A stretch of 64,000 nucleotides of DNA from Octopus sinensis (Eukaryota), in NCBI RefSeq assembly GCF_006345805.1, contig NC_043008.1, forward strand, positions 12,152,001 to 12,216,000, written 5' to 3'. Below the pieces are notes generated by a model. That model was not told the origin of the DNA and made no database searches. It saw nothing but the letters and a program-made list of their open reading frames with translations. A program made the position numbers and the translations under genes. Positions 25,803-40,170 of this stretch are shown here, one piece after another. Each line of letters starts with the position of its first letter. Position 1 is the stretch's first letter.

Positions 25803-26228
25803 ATACATATATATACATACATATACATATATATACATGGAAGAACAGGTAGATGGTCTTCATTTCTTAGGTGTTATTCTTTAATGAGAAGAGATGTAGA
25901 ATGTAAGAAATATTTTTATTGATTGTTGTTAGAATTGATTTCTTTCTGAATGTAGATCTTTAACATAAGGTCAGCTCACACCATGGGGCCATTAGGAGTG
26001 TCTTGGCATTCTATAAATAGGCAAAAAAAAAATGCAGAATATATTGGAATACTTTTGATATATATTCAATTAAATACACACATACATATACTCATACATG
26101 CTCACAAACGTAGATTGAAATATGTTTATATATATATTATATATATATATATATAGTCAACTACATATATCTATAAATACACGTGCATATTAGTATGTTT
26201 TTCAACATACTTTTGACACTATATATGC

Positions 26229-26272
<44 letters not shown>

Positions 26273-27489
26273 ATGTATGTATATATATATATACATATAT
26301 CATCATCATCATCATCATTGTTTAACATCCAACTATGTATATATATATTTATGTATATATGTATACATATATATGTATATATATATATATATAAGTATGT
26401 ATATAGTATATGTATATATGTATATATTATATATATATATATGTATATAGTATATATTATGTATATATGTATATAGTATATATATATATGCATATAGTAT
26501 ATATATAGTATATATATATTATATATATATATATATATGGACACACACACACACAAGTATATCTACATCAACTAAATTGATGGGGGATTTTTTTCAAAAA
26601 CAACCTCAAATTGTAGACTCAAAGCAACAAGACAATAGAAAGTAGACTCTTCACCTCTTCATCGTCATATCATCATTATCGTCATGAACGTTACCATCAT
26701 CACCACCACCACCACCACCACCACTGCCACCACCACAACCACCATCACCACCACCACCATCACCATCATCATCTATGTTTACAATTATACATTTTTGAGC
26801 ATGTGCCATATATATATACTCTCCAATTTCTTTGAAATATTGAAGTGGCCTTCTTGTTTTTAATGCTTTCTCATAGTCAAATATACTTATATATGCATAT
26901 TGATATGTGTGTGTGAGTGTGTGTGCATATGTTGTGTGTGTGTAAGTACGTCCCCACCACCACCACCACCACCACCACTTAATAACCGGTGTTGGCTTGT
27001 TTATGTCCCTGTAACTGGACAGTTTAGGAAAAGAGTTTAATTGAACAAATACCAGGGTTTTAATAATAAGCAACAGTTTCTTTTTTTTCTGTCTAACCGT
27101 TCATGGCCATGCTCCAGCATGGCCACAACCATATCACTGAAACAAATGTAAGATGAAAGGTATGTCTGACAAGGTTTTGTTTTAAATGACAAATATGGAT
27201 TCTTTCATCGTTGCATGAAAGGGAGATTTTCATTTGTTATCACAGTTGGTAAACAATTCTATTTTTAAGCTCTCACCTATTCTGGTGTCTCTTGTTTTTT
27301 TATGGTTTTTGTTCAGCCTGGTAAACCAAGACAAATAGTTAAATACTTGCTCAGAGGCACAACATAATGACTGCTGTAAAATTAGAACTTATCGTCCTAA
27401 GACTGTAACCTGATATTAGTTGCTCAGTTCGTTATCTCATTGCTATTACTCGTCAAGATTTGTTGAACATTTTGAAAAGAAAGGGTTAC

Positions 27490-27561
27490 AATTCTGTTTC
27501 TTTTTTTATCATTTTTTTTGCAACATCCTTCATCAACGACTGCTCCGTCAGCTGAAACAAG
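27490..27561 (-). CDS. Candidate exon (LFQLTEQSLMKDVAKKMIKKETE)
   Basis: Acceptor TAG at 27562 or CAG at 27552, GTAACC donor; ends in phase 2. Confidence 0.35.
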
Positions 27562-27613
27562 CTACGTAAGGTTTCAAATATTATGAAAGTGATTCATAGG
27601 TACTTGAAACATA

Positions 27614-28005
27614 GGCGTAGGAGTGACTGTGTGGTAAGTAGCTTGCTTACCAACCACATGGTCCCGGGTTCAGTCCCACTGCGTGGCACCTTGGGCAAGT
27701 GTCTTCTACTATAGCCTCGGGCCGGCCAAAGCCTTGTGAGAGGATTTGGTAGACAGAAACTGAAAGAAGCCCGTCGTATATATATATGTATGTGTGTGTT
27801 TGTGTGTCCTCCCAACATCACTTGACATCCGATGCTGGTGTGTTTACGTCGCAACATAGCGGTTCGGCAAAAGAGACTGATAGAATAAGTACTAGGCTTA
27901 TAAAGAATAAGTCCAGGGTCAATTTGCTTGACTAAAGGCAGTGCTCCAGCATGGCCACAGTCAAATGACTGAAACAAGTAAAAGAGTAAAAGAGTAAAAG
28001 AGTAA
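27614..28005 (+). mobile_element. Family B SINE, full length
   Basis: Complete head, core, microsatellite linker and tail. Confidence 0.9.
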
Positions 28006-28382
28006 GTGATTAAATTGGTAATATAGTTTTTTTAGATTATTCGCCAATCAAAGAAATGTCACTCATAACAAAAAAAAATAATAATATTAATAAAATAACT
28101 CATTAATTATCATGAGATAATTTTCAAAAACCTTTTGTTGTTTGGTTTCTAAATTATTTGTGAATTAAAGAAATGTCATTCACAAAATTATACATTTCTG
28201 TTTTAATGTCAGAATTATTTAAAGCTTATTGTATAATGAAGAATGACAAGGTATTGGCTAATTGTTTAGCAATTAAGTGAATGGCAATTGCAGCTGCATG
28301 GACTACTATTAGCCAATTTTTTTATATGCTTTCTGTGTCAAAGTGATTAGGTTTTTACGTGTCCCTTTTCCATATCATTTAA

Positions 28383-28602
28383 CTCTTAAGCATTCAGATA
28401 TTTCTGTCAAATGTAATGTTTATTTATTCGCATTGTTCTGAATTAATCAAGTATTATTTTGTTAATTTGAGATTCTTTGATGTGATTGTATGTTTTTAGA
28501 ATGACATTGTAGGGTTGGTGTGAGAGGCAAGATCTGGCCAGTCTGAACATAAAAACAGGCAGAATATTTTGGCTAGATATTGTCGATTTGAATGCTAAAG
28601 AG
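28383..28602. mobile_element. piggyBac-like MITE (related fragments at about 1440-1630, 5750-5820, 28650-28970, 57040-57100)
   Basis: TTAA on both sides; termini ctcttaagcatt / aatgctaaagag. Confidence 0.65.
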
Positions 28603-28981
28603 TTAACCAGTACATTGTAGGACTAGTCACAGTGCTGGAGGAACTCTTGATCCCTTAGCATTGGAACCGGCCATATCTGGCCAAAATATTCTAGTGAGAA
28701 TTTACAAAAAACAAAGGACGAAGACAGGTGTGTAAACAACAAACAGATGCATTAGTTTAATGCTTGGGAAGTGAGAAAGTCCTTTACGTTTCGAGCCTAT
28801 GCTCTTTGACAGAAAGGAATACAGAAATAAACAGGGAGAGAAAATAAAATGGGCAGAGAAAATAAAAAAGGTTTAGTGGCTAGTGATCTATCTATTCTTC
28901 CTGTTTTATGTTCAAACAGGAGAGATCTGGCCCTTCACACCTACCCTACAATATCATTCTAGATATTAACAGTTATTAACA

Positions 28982-29782
28982 GGTGTAGGAGTGGCTGTGT
29001 GGTAAGTAGCTTGCTTACGAACCACATGGTTCCAGGTTCAGTCCCACTGCATGGCACCTTGGGCAAGTGTCTTCTACTATAGCCTCGAGCCAACCAAAGC
29101 ATTGTGAGTGGATTTGGTAGATGAAAACTAGAAAGCGGCGAGCTGGCAGAATCGTTAGCACACCGGGCGAAATGCTTAACGGTATTTCGTCTGCCGTTAC
29201 GTTCTGAGTTCAAATTCCGCCGAGGTTGACTTTGCCTTTCATCCTTTCGGGGTCGATTAAATAAGTACCAGTTACGCACTGGGGTCGATGTAATCGACTT
29301 AATACCTATGTCTGTCCTTGTTTGTCCCCTCTATGTTTAGCCCCTTGTGGGTAATAAAGAAATAGGTATTTCGTCTGTCTTTACATTCTGAGTTCAAATT
29401 CCACCGAGGTCGACTTTGCCTTACATCCTTTTGGGGTCAATAAATTAAGTACCAGTTATACGCTGGAGTCGATGTAATCAACTTAACCCCTTTGTCTGTC
29501 CTTGTTTGTCCCCTCTATGTTTAGCCCCTTGTGGGCAATAAAGAAATAGGAAACTGAAAGAAGCTCATATATTTGTGTGTCTGCGTTTGTCCCCTCAACA
29601 TCGCTTGACAACCAATGCTGGTATGCTTATCTCCCCGTAACTTAGCAGTTTGGCAAAAGAGACTGATAGAATAAGTAAGAGGCTTACAAAGAATAAGTCC
29701 TGGGGTCGATTTGCTCGACTGAAGGCTGTGCTCCAGCATGGGCACAATGAAATGACTGAAACAAGTAAAAGAGTAAAAGAGA
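28982..29782 (+). mobile_element. Family B SINE split by a family A dimer (29137-29547)
   Basis: B head and core, then the A dimer, then B resumes at gaaactgaaagaagc. Confidence 0.85.
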
Positions 29783-30249
29783 GTTATTTTGTAAAAATCT
29801 AAACGGCACTCAGAGCAAGCTTCAAAATTGTAACCCGCTTCTCCCAACCAAAAAGTAGTACATGCATTTTGTGAGGTCAAGTAAGAATGCTTATTCTGTT
29901 CAGTAGTGCTGTGGATGGTGACAAGCAAACTAAACAATGCCTGAAAAGATTAAAAGAAATTTTTTTAATGGCTTGATAAGAAAATGAGCTTGGCCAAAAT
30001 TGCACCCCAACTCAAAGTACCACCCAGGGCATGTGCTCTGCTTGCCCCACCCTAGCTATGCACCTGATTATGAGATAAGCAAATTAGAAAATAGTAATTT
30101 GATTGATTCCCAAAAATAGAAATACATCTGTAAGTGGAACTTCTCTCATGTTGAGAAAATATTTGAATTTTCAGTGCTATACTAAAAATAAATCCCTGAT
30201 AAGCAATTATGAAATGAATGAGTGCATCATGTTATGAAATATACCCACA

Positions 30250-30723
30250 GGCATATGGCATAGTGGTTAAGAGCGCGGGCTACTAACCCCAAGATTCCGA
30301 GTTCGTTTCCAGGCAGTGGCCTGAATGATAATAATAATAATTATTATTATAATAATAATTGGCAGAAATGTTAGCACACCGAGCGAAATGCCAAGTGGTA
30401 TTTCATCTGCTGTATATATGCTGAGTTCAAATTCCGCTGCGGTCGACTTTACCTTTCATCCTTTTGGGGTCGATTAAATAAGTACCAGTTAATCACTGGG
30501 GTTGATGTAATCAAAAACTTAATCCCATCGTCTGTCCTTGTTTGTCCCCTGTGGGCAATAAAGAAATAAAATAATAATAACATCGAAAAATACCTTTAGG
30601 AGGGAGAACCCAAGTTCGAAATTTCTCCAGGACACCTGATGAAGGCTGGAGGCTATATCAGCCGAAAGGTTATGTTAACAACAAACAAAATGAGGACAAA
30701 TATCCATCAAATGTAAATAATAT
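30250..30723 (+). mobile_element. Family E SINE with a family A SINE nested in its (AAT)n linker
   Basis: Head ggcatatggcatagtggttaag...gagttcgtttcc; family A at about 30360-30570; hammerhead at 30631-30676. Confidence 0.8.
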
Positions 30724-31970
30724 TTATGAACTACTTGTTGTAGAAGTATGTCTTCATGGTAAATGTTAATCAATTCTGTTGATGTGGAATGGAAACTTGA
30801 AGAACTGACACCTTTTTCAAGGTCAAGCTACTGATCAGCAACAACTGTTCTTATGGGTGATTCCCAATATATATGATAGCACACACGTGTGCATGCATAC
30901 ACACACACATGCACCAACACACACACACACACACGCACACACACGCACAGAAGATATCTTTCAGAATAAGTAGTGTACTAGCATGACTTCCCTTAAACAA
31001 CCAATAAATCTATACCTATCTATCTATCTCTCTCTAACTATCTATTTGTCTGTCTGTCTATCTATCTATCTATATATATATCTATCTATCTGTCTATCTG
31101 TCTATCTATCTACCTGCCTATCTACCTGTCTGTCTATATCTATCTATCTATGTATATATGTTGTGTGTGTATATATATATATATACACACATATATTGAT
31201 ATATTTATAGGCACACACAGACACACACACATGCACACACACACACACATGCACATACATGCACACACACACACATTGTGTATCTTTGCCTATTCTCCAG
31301 ACTGTGCTTTATGAAATGGACAAATCACAAACCAGCTGACGAAAAAATTAAGATAAAAATATTAAAAAAAGAAAAACCCCAAAGCAAAAAAAAAATGTTA
31401 GTTCCGCCTTTTCGGAATATTGATGATTCTTGCAATTTCGCAGAAAGACTAATGAAAGTTATTTCTATCAAATATAAAAAAAAAAAATTAATAATAATAA
31501 ATAAATAAATAAATAAAATCAAAGATAACAAAATCAAAACAAAAACACAAAAAACATACAAAAAACAAACAAAATAGTTGCCATTATAAATTCTCAAACT
31601 CTTTTTGTTTTAAATTTTTTTTATTAAATATTTTCATTTTCAATTTTTTTTTTTCTAAACTTTTTTCTTTTGATGGATTTTCTTTAAGTAATTATGTTTC
31701 TCCTTTCTTTGAAAATGTTTCTAAGAATCTTCTTCTTGGCCTTAATAGTTAAAACTAGACACTTTAAATTGATTTCTTACTCTCTCTTCTTCTCTTCTTC
31801 TTCATCGTCACTTTCTTTAATTCTTCCTCTTTCTCCATCTCCTTTCTTTCTTCATCTCTTCTTCTTCTTGAACACTCCGGCTTTATCATTCGCTTTTCTC
31901 ACCACTAAAACTCATTCTTTTATTTTCTTCTCTCCTATTCTCATATCATTTCCTTATTTCATTCACTCAC

Positions 31971-32015
<45 letters not shown>

Positions 32016-33742
32016 TATTATGTAGTTTTCTTTCTTTCCGTGTTTTACTCCCTCTTTCTGCATCCTCTTCCTACACCTCTCTCTAATCTTACTCTCCCTA
32101 TTACGGCCTCTCTTGATATCCCCGCCCCTCTTTTCTAATTCTCTTCTGTCTAATGTAGGTGTGTATATAGATGTGTGTGAATCTGTGTGTAAGCGTCTAT
32201 GTGTGTGTTTGTGTAGGCATATATGTGTGTGTGCATGTGTGTGTGTGTGCATGTGTGTGTGCATGTGTGTGTGCAGATGCATGTGGTTGTGTGTGTATGT
32301 GTGAGTGTATGTCTAAGTGTGTATGTGTAAGTTTATGTATCTGTATATACATTTGTATGTGTGATTGTGTGTGCGTGTGTATTTGTGTGCATGTGTCTGT
32401 GTGTGTTTGTGTAGGCATATGTGTGTGTGCATGTGTGTGTGCAGATGTGTGTGTTTGTGTGTGCATGTGTGTGAGTGTACGTGTAAGTGTGTATGTGTAA
32501 GTTTATGTATCTGTATGTACATTTGTATGCATGTGATTGTGTGTGTGTGTGTATTTGTGTGCATGTGTGTGTGCACATATGTGGATTTGTGTGTGAGTGT
32601 GTGTATATGTATATTCTTATGTATCTGTGTGTACATGAGTATGTGTGTGCTTGTTTGGGCGTATGTGTGCGATTGTGTGCATGCACATGTGTATGTTAGT
32701 GTGTGCATGTGTGTATATGTGTGTAAGTGTGCATGTATATGCTTATTTATCTGTGTGTTTGTTTGGGCATAAGTGTGTGTGTGCATGTGTATTTGTATGT
32801 TTGTGTGTGCATATTTGTATGTTTGTGTGTGCATGTGTAAGTGTGCATGTGTATGTTTATGTACGTATATGCACATGTGTGTGTATTTGTGTGTATGTGT
32901 GTGTGTGTTTGCGTGTGTTTGTATGCATGGTTGTATGTGTTTGCGTGCATGTTTGTGTGTGTTTGCGAGCGTGTGTGTATTTGTATGTATGTGTGTATGC
33001 ATGTCTTTGCATGCATAGATGTATGTGTTTGTCAGCTTATGTGTATTTGCGTGTGTGTTTGTGAGTCTGTGTGTATTTGTGTGTGCGTGTATGCATGTGT
33101 TTGCATGCATGGTTGTATGTGCTTGTCTGCACATGTGTATTTGTGTGCATGTTTGTGCATGCTTGTGAGCATATATGTGTTTATATACATGTATGTGTAT
33201 GTGCTTGTGTGATGCACATGTGTGATTGTGTACACATCTGTGCATATCTATGTACGCCTGCACTCCTGTACTTGCGTGTATTTGGCATTTCGCAATTTAT
33301 GTATTTTAATTTTCAATTGATTTCCCTCATTTTAGCAAAGCACTTTTGGATGATTGCTGTCAGAAAAATATAGCACCACCTTAACGAGTACACCTACGCG
33401 CACACCTGCATACATGTACAGTAACACAAACACAAACACACAAAACAAAGTCTTAATTAAGGCTCATTTCTATGCATTATAATCAACAACTAATTTTTTT
33501 TAGTGGACAAGACGTTTGTTATGTAAATGTGTCTATAAGAGCAGTTAGTTAAAAAGGAATAATATATATATCTGTATACGTGTATATATATGTACATATA
33601 TACCTATGTTGTATATTTGTGTATATATGTATATATATATGTATACACACGCACACACACCTATATATATGTGTAAATTTATGTATATTAGTATGTATGT
33701 AAGTTAAATGTAGTTATGTATAATTATACCTATGTAGTGTAA

Positions 33743-33773
<31 letters not shown>

Positions 33774-34110
33774 CAACTGTATGTATATGTGTAAGAATGT
33801 GTATGTATATAAATGTATGTATGTATATGTGTGAATATATCTATATATAAGTGTTTGTACATATATATATATACATGTATATGTATACATATACCTGTGT
33901 TGTATAAATATATATATATGTAAATGAATGTATATGTATGTGTAATGTATATCACACATATAAATGTGTGTATATACGTATGTGTATATGTGTGTATTCA
34001 TATATATGTATATTTATCTATCTATCTATCTATCTATCAATCTATATGAATATTTATATGCATATATGTGTATATATATATATTTAGTTATATATATATG
34101 TGAATATACA

Positions 34111-34151
<41 letters not shown>

Positions 34152-35823
34152 ATGTGTATGTGTGTATGTATGTGTGAATATATACATATATGTATACATA
34201 CATATGCGTATGTGTGTATATATATGTGTATGCATATGTATGTTTATATCGATGTGTGTGTATGTGTATATGTATGTATATCCATATGTTTGTATGCATA
34301 AAAAAATAAATGAACGTCCATCCATATTTGCTAATTTCACTTAAGTACCTGCGCAAAGCGAGTGGGCCTGGAAGAGACGCAAAAGGGAAAAATAAAACGA
34401 GAGAAAAAGGAAACGAAATGGCTAAAAAAGTAAAAAAAAACAAAAAAACAATAATAATAAAATAAAAAATAAAAGTGAAATAAAAGCCATGATGGAAACC
34501 AAAATTAAAACAAAGGAAAAATAACAAACAAATATTGATGAAACTGATAAAAAAAATTTAAACGAACCAAAACTGCAAACAAACCTCGTTAGGTGTTTTA
34601 GAAGAAATGAGTATCAAGATCCAAGATTTTTGAAATGTCGAGAAATTCTTTGGTAATTAGAATGGTTGAACACTAAAACATTGAATTGTTTGGGAATGTG
34701 TGGGAGGAAGATGAGGAGAGGGAAGGGAAGAGGGGGTGGGGCGAATATTTTGTTTGTTGTTGTAGAATGCTTTGTTATGTTGTATTTTTTGTTTTGTATT
34801 TGTTTTGCTGCCATGCTGGGGCATCGTCGCCTAGAAGAATTTTTGGGGGTTTTTAGTTGAATGAATTGAATTGAACCATTGGTTTGTGTGTTTACATGTT
34901 TTTTTTTTTAAGCGTGGTACTTGATCTATCGGTCATTTTTGGTGAAGTGCTAAGTTATTGGAATGTAGACACATCGATGTCACTTGTCAAGCAGTGGTAG
35001 GGGACAAACACAAATACACACACTGAAACACATGCACACACACAAACACACACACACAAACACACACACAAACACACACAAACACCACATAGAAATGCAT
35101 ATACACAAACACACACAAATACATATACACAAACATGCACACACACACATGCGTGCAAATACATATACACAAAGACACACACAAACACACACACAAATAT
35201 ATAAACACAAAGGCACACACACAAATACATATACATAAACATACACATGCACACACACCACAGACACACACACAAACACACAAATACACCACAGACACAC
35301 ACACAAACACACATATACACAAACACACAAATACACCACAGACACACACACATACACACACACACATACAAACACACATAAATACCTATACACAGACATG
35401 TACACACACCACAGACACACAGCACACACACATACACACTCACACACACACCAACCACTCACATAACTGTTGATGGAAACGGAAAATGGATTTAGCATGA
35501 ATCCTTATTGAATGCGATGATCATTTCGCCCCATCATGCAGCTGTCTTTTACAAGTAGGATATTGTACATCGAATTGTATCAACCAGTGGATGACACCAG
35601 GTAGCCCAAATTGTCAATGGGCTTTACTCAGCATACAAATAGACATATGCCCAAAGTCCAAATAATTACTTATGTATATATGTATGTATAATTATATATG
35701 TATATATATATAAATATATAGTTAATCCAAACAGGAAAACACAAAGAGAAAACACAACAATACGTGGACGTGGAACAAGTACAGTGTTACTGGACGTTCA
35801 GGAAAGGAAAGAAAGAAGGAGGA

Positions 35824-35856
35824 TTTAAGGTTTCGAACAGAGCTCTTCGTCAGAAA
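35824..35856 (-). ncRNA. Minimal hammerhead-like motif in a PLE-like fragment (about 35720-36060)
   Basis: UUU-CUGACGA-A-GAGC(UCU)GUUC-GAAA-CCUU-AAA. Confidence 0.5.
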
Positions 35857-36497
35857 CATAGAAAAAGGAAAAGCCCAAGGAAGGGAAGCTGGAGAAAGAA
35901 AATCACCAATGATACACACGCGGTCACATATATAATAGTAGGGAATATAATTCCAAACTTACAAGGAAAAATTCAATTTGACAATTCTAAATCGAATTTC
36001 ACAATATATAATATATGTATAAAATTTAGAGAAATAACCTCTATTAAACAAACAATTCAATATTGATAGACGTTATTCACACTATATAGAAAAAGTTAAA
36101 TATACTTTAAAAAACATTATTCTAAAAATCAATAGAGTACATAAACAATAAATAGTAAATATGCTTCAGGTTCTTTCTACTAAATCCACTCACAAGGCTA
36201 TAGAAGAAAACACTTGCCTAAGATATCATGCAGTGGGACTGAACCCAGAGCCGTTTTGTTTTTAAGCAAGCTTCTTACCACACAACCATACCAGTGTCTG
36301 CACGTTGTTATATGTTATTCTGAAGACAAAATGAGATTTTATATATACTTAATTCTTTCTTCGTCCTTTCATTCTTGTTTGTGCATATGGAAAAAAAACC
36401 TCTTGTGTCATTGTTTTTTTTCTTCTGTCCTATTCTATGTTCTGTTCTACAAGAATGGTTTCCTGATCCACAGCTCAGTTCTTCAAAGGAAGGATAC

Positions 36498-36542
36498 TTC
36501 GATTCTGTCAGCTGGAGATGAGTTATATTCTGTAATAGAAGT
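36498..36542 (-). CDS. Candidate exon (LLLQNITHLQLTES)
   Basis: ttttaaatgtttcctag acceptor, GAA|GTATCC donor, phase 2 to 2; donor uncertain. Confidence 0.25.
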
Positions 36543-37105
36543 CTAGGAAACATTTAAAAGTTCTGCTACTTCAGTGATGAATATTTCTTAAGCCCTTCAT
36601 TTCTCATTGTGCATAAGCATCAGTGACCTTTTTTTCACATTTCTCAACCCTGAGGTTGTCTCCCTGAGGGAAAGCTTTCTTCTCTCAAGTCTTTCTGGGT
36701 TTGAATTATCAGCCATACTTCAGTAACTTTGCCTTTTTTCTACGTAGGGTTGTCAGTCTTACACAAATCCATTAACTGTGAAGCAGGGGTCTATATTAGT
36801 TTGACCACTGTCCTTTGACCTTTCCTGCATAGGGAGCTCTACCTAGGGCTCGCACTTTATGGGCACAGTTCTCAGGGTCTTATTAAGTCATACAGACACC
36901 AAATCGCAATGATGATGGAATCTTGTGGTAGGATTAATATTACGATATCAGCTTAGAGTTTGACAATAAGTAAGCTGTGACCTGCAAGTGCCTCACGGAG
37001 GTTTTCTCTGTGGGCCTCATATCAGTTTTAGAAATTCATTGCGTTTGCAGACCATTGAACAGTTATTAGTTTTTCAGCAAATGAATTAAGCTTGTGAAAA
37101 TTTAC

Positions 37106-37204
37106 ATTCCATTTGAGGACGCAAGAACTTGGAAGAATGGTGCTTTAATATTCTCGATATTCGCTTTTACAGGATCTTTTGTGTCATAATTTGTTAAAGT
37201 GTTG
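37106..37204 (-). CDS. Candidate exon (NTLTNYDTKDPVKANIENIKAPFFQVLASSNG)
   Basis: ccccttttccaatgcttatataag acceptor, AAT|GTAAAT donor, 99 nt, phase 2 to 2. Confidence 0.35.
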
Positions 37205-38200
37205 CTTATATAAGCATTGGAAAAGGGGGTTATGTAGCAATATGTTTCTGTATGTAGGTGGTGAGCTGGCAGAAATGTTAGCACACCGGGCGAAATGCTT
37301 AGTGGTATTTCATCTGCCATTACGTTCTGAGTTCAAATTCTTATTCTTTGTAAGCCTAGTACTTATTCTATCGGTCTCTTTTTGCCAAAGCATTAAGTGA
37401 TGGGGATATAAACACACCAGCATTGGTTGTCAAGCAATGCTAGAGGGGACAAACACAGGCACACATACATATATATATATAAATATATACGACAGGCTTC
37501 TTTCAGTTTCCCTCTACCAAATCCATTCGCAAGGCTTTGGTTGGCCCGAGGCTATAGTAGAAGACACTTGCTCAAGGTCCCACACAGTGAAACGGAACCT
37601 GAAACCATGTGGTTGGTAAGCTAGCTACTTACCACACAGCCACTCCTGTGTCTATCAGTTTTCAAACCTTAGTGCATTCTCTTCAAAGGCATCAACATCA
37701 CTTTGAACAATTACAGAGAAATGGAAAGCCTATCTTTTTAAGTACTTAACAATGACAGCTGCTATAGAAAGCTGGGGCAACTAATTTGCATATTGTAATT
37801 GTTACCACTTTGTTTTTAAATATGTAAGATAGGATGTGATATGCAGACTGGCTATAGGTAAACATTAAATGAAACAGACAAAAAGAAAATCTAAAGGAAG
37901 CCATTGTTGAACACAGTTACTGATCCCTTATAATAAGCTATGGAAGTTTATCTGTTGGCCAGCGATATAAGATAGTGTTGTAATAGAATAATGGTCCTTT
38001 GTTTGTTATATGTAAATAAACCAGTTTAACTAATCTTTCGAGCAAAAAAATAAAAATTTATTTCTGTGAAGAAAATGACTGTACTTTGTTTTGTGTCTGG
38101 TTTGTAAGATTGTTTGTGTGAATTTGCGTGTTGAAATAAATTTTGTTGTGTCTGGGGAGAGTCATACTTCCTTAATGCTTTAATATGTAAATCATACAGT

Positions 38201-38600
38201 GTGGTGAGCTGGCAGAAACATTAGCATGGCGGGCGAAATGCTTAGCAGTATTTCGTCTGCGTCTGTCTTTATACTCTGAGTTCAAATTCCGCTGAGGTTA
38301 ACTTTGCCTTTTATCCTTTCGGGGCCGATAAATTAAGTACCAGTTATGCACTGGGTTGATATAATCGACTTAATCCATTTGTCTGTCCTTGTTTGTCCTC
38401 TCTGTGTTTAGCCACTTGTGGGTAGTAAAAAAATAAGTATTTCGTCTGTCTTTACACTCTGAGTTCAAATTCCACTGAGGTCGACTTTGCCTTTTGTCCT
38501 TTTGGGGGTCGATAAATTAAGCACCAGGGTCAATCTAATCGAATGCCCCCCCCCCCATTCCCCCAAAATTTTGGACCTTGTGCCTAGAGTAGAAAAGAGT
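38201..38600 (+). mobile_element. Family A/A' compound SINE (second body has the alternative tail); also 10868-11229 (-)
   Basis: Second body ends gg(a/g)ccttgtgcctagagtagaaaag at both loci. Confidence 0.8.
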
Positions 38601-39705
38601 ATAGATAATTCTCTCTCTCTCTCTCTCCCTCCCTCTCTCTTTTCCTCTCTCTCTCTCTCTCCATCTCTCTCTCTCTATCCCTCTCTCTTTTCCTCTCTTT
38701 CTCTCTCTCTCTATATATATATGCACATACATATATATAAACACAAATGCTCACATATATACACACACACACACACATACACATCAGTTATATACACAGA
38801 CATATTGCTATTGTTTTGGTTCCTATGGGAACATTTTTCAAGATTTCTTGGTTTGAAAAGATAGGGAAGTAGACATTTAAACATTGAACTATGGCAGTGA
38901 CAAAAAAAAAAAATTCTTGAATCACTGAAGATTGTTTAAATTACGATGTCAACATTGGCACTACTTTATCAACATTCACCATAGAAGCCATTATTTCATG
39001 CCGAAGTTTTCCTCCAGAATTAGATTACGCATTGTTAACCTCATAGAATTACACAGAATACAAGAGAACATTTTTCCCTTTCAACTTAGATTCCCACCAA
39101 AAACTCAATTTTGATTTTCAAAGATTTCTTCCTTTAAAAAGAACCTTCTAGTTTTGAACAAAAATTTCCAACCATAATCCGGTAATTTTTTTCCCTTCAC
39201 CTAAATCTGAATTTAATTTATAGATGAAAATCCTAATTAAATTTTACCTCCTTGAAGCATTTTTAATCCTAATAATAATGATGTTTTATCTGAATGTTCA
39301 TTTAACAATTGGTGTTGTTGTTGTTGTGAAACATCTGTAGGGAAAGAGAAAATGTTATTAACATTTAAATTGATTGTAGGACTGCATAAATTACAGCTTC
39401 AACATTTCCTACCTCTTCATCATTTCCTACCTCTTCCAGTATCATTCAGCAGTATTTTTCATCTTCTTTCTTGTATGATATGCCACCAATGCTATTATCG
39501 AAACTGGACACCAGAAGGCATAATAAGATTTTTGATTGGTGTTGATATTTGGTTAGCTATAAATCAATTCAGTCCTGGAAAATATCACAGTGTTTTCACG
39601 AATGTTTGATTGTGAATGAAACAATGAATCACTTTGCTTAGAAGTGTGACTGGCAAAGGACAAGAGAGAGAGGAAGATACAAAAACGTAGTCAAGAAGGT
39701 ATACC

Positions 39706-40119
39706 TATTTCTTTACTGCCCACAAGGGGCTAAACACAGAGGAGACAAACAACGATAGACAGACGGATTAAGTCGATTATATCGACCCCAGTGTGTAACT
39801 GGTACTTAATTTATCGACCCCGAAAGGATGAAAGGCAAAGTCGACCTCGGCGGAATTTGAACTCAGAACATAAAGACAGATTAAATACCTATTTCTTTAT
39901 TACCCACAAGGGGCTAAACACAGAGGGGACAAACAAGGACAGACATAGGTATTAAGTCGATTACATCGACCCCAGTGCACAACTGGTACTTAATTTATCG
40001 ACCCCGAAAGGATGAAAGGCAAAGTTGACCTTGGTGGAATTTGAACTCAGAACGTAACGGCAGATGAAATACGGCTACGCATTTCACTGTGCATGCTAAC
40101 GATTCTGCCAGCTCGCCGC
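39706..40119 (-). mobile_element. Family A dimer (one head, two bodies) with 20-bp TSD
   Basis: TSD cgtagtcaagaaggtatacc at 39686-39705 and 40120-40139. Confidence 0.9.
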
Positions 40120-40170
40120 CGTAGTCAAGAAGGTATACCATGAACAATTACTTAAAAACTCTTAAACTGC

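Noticed and set aside
34700-34745. G-rich tract, possible G-quadruplex
   Set aside because: Irregular G-runs in low-complexity sequence with nothing supporting function.
39352-39609. Unique island with an 85-aa + ORF
   Set aside because: No convincing splice boundaries, stops in all minus frames, no recognisable motif.
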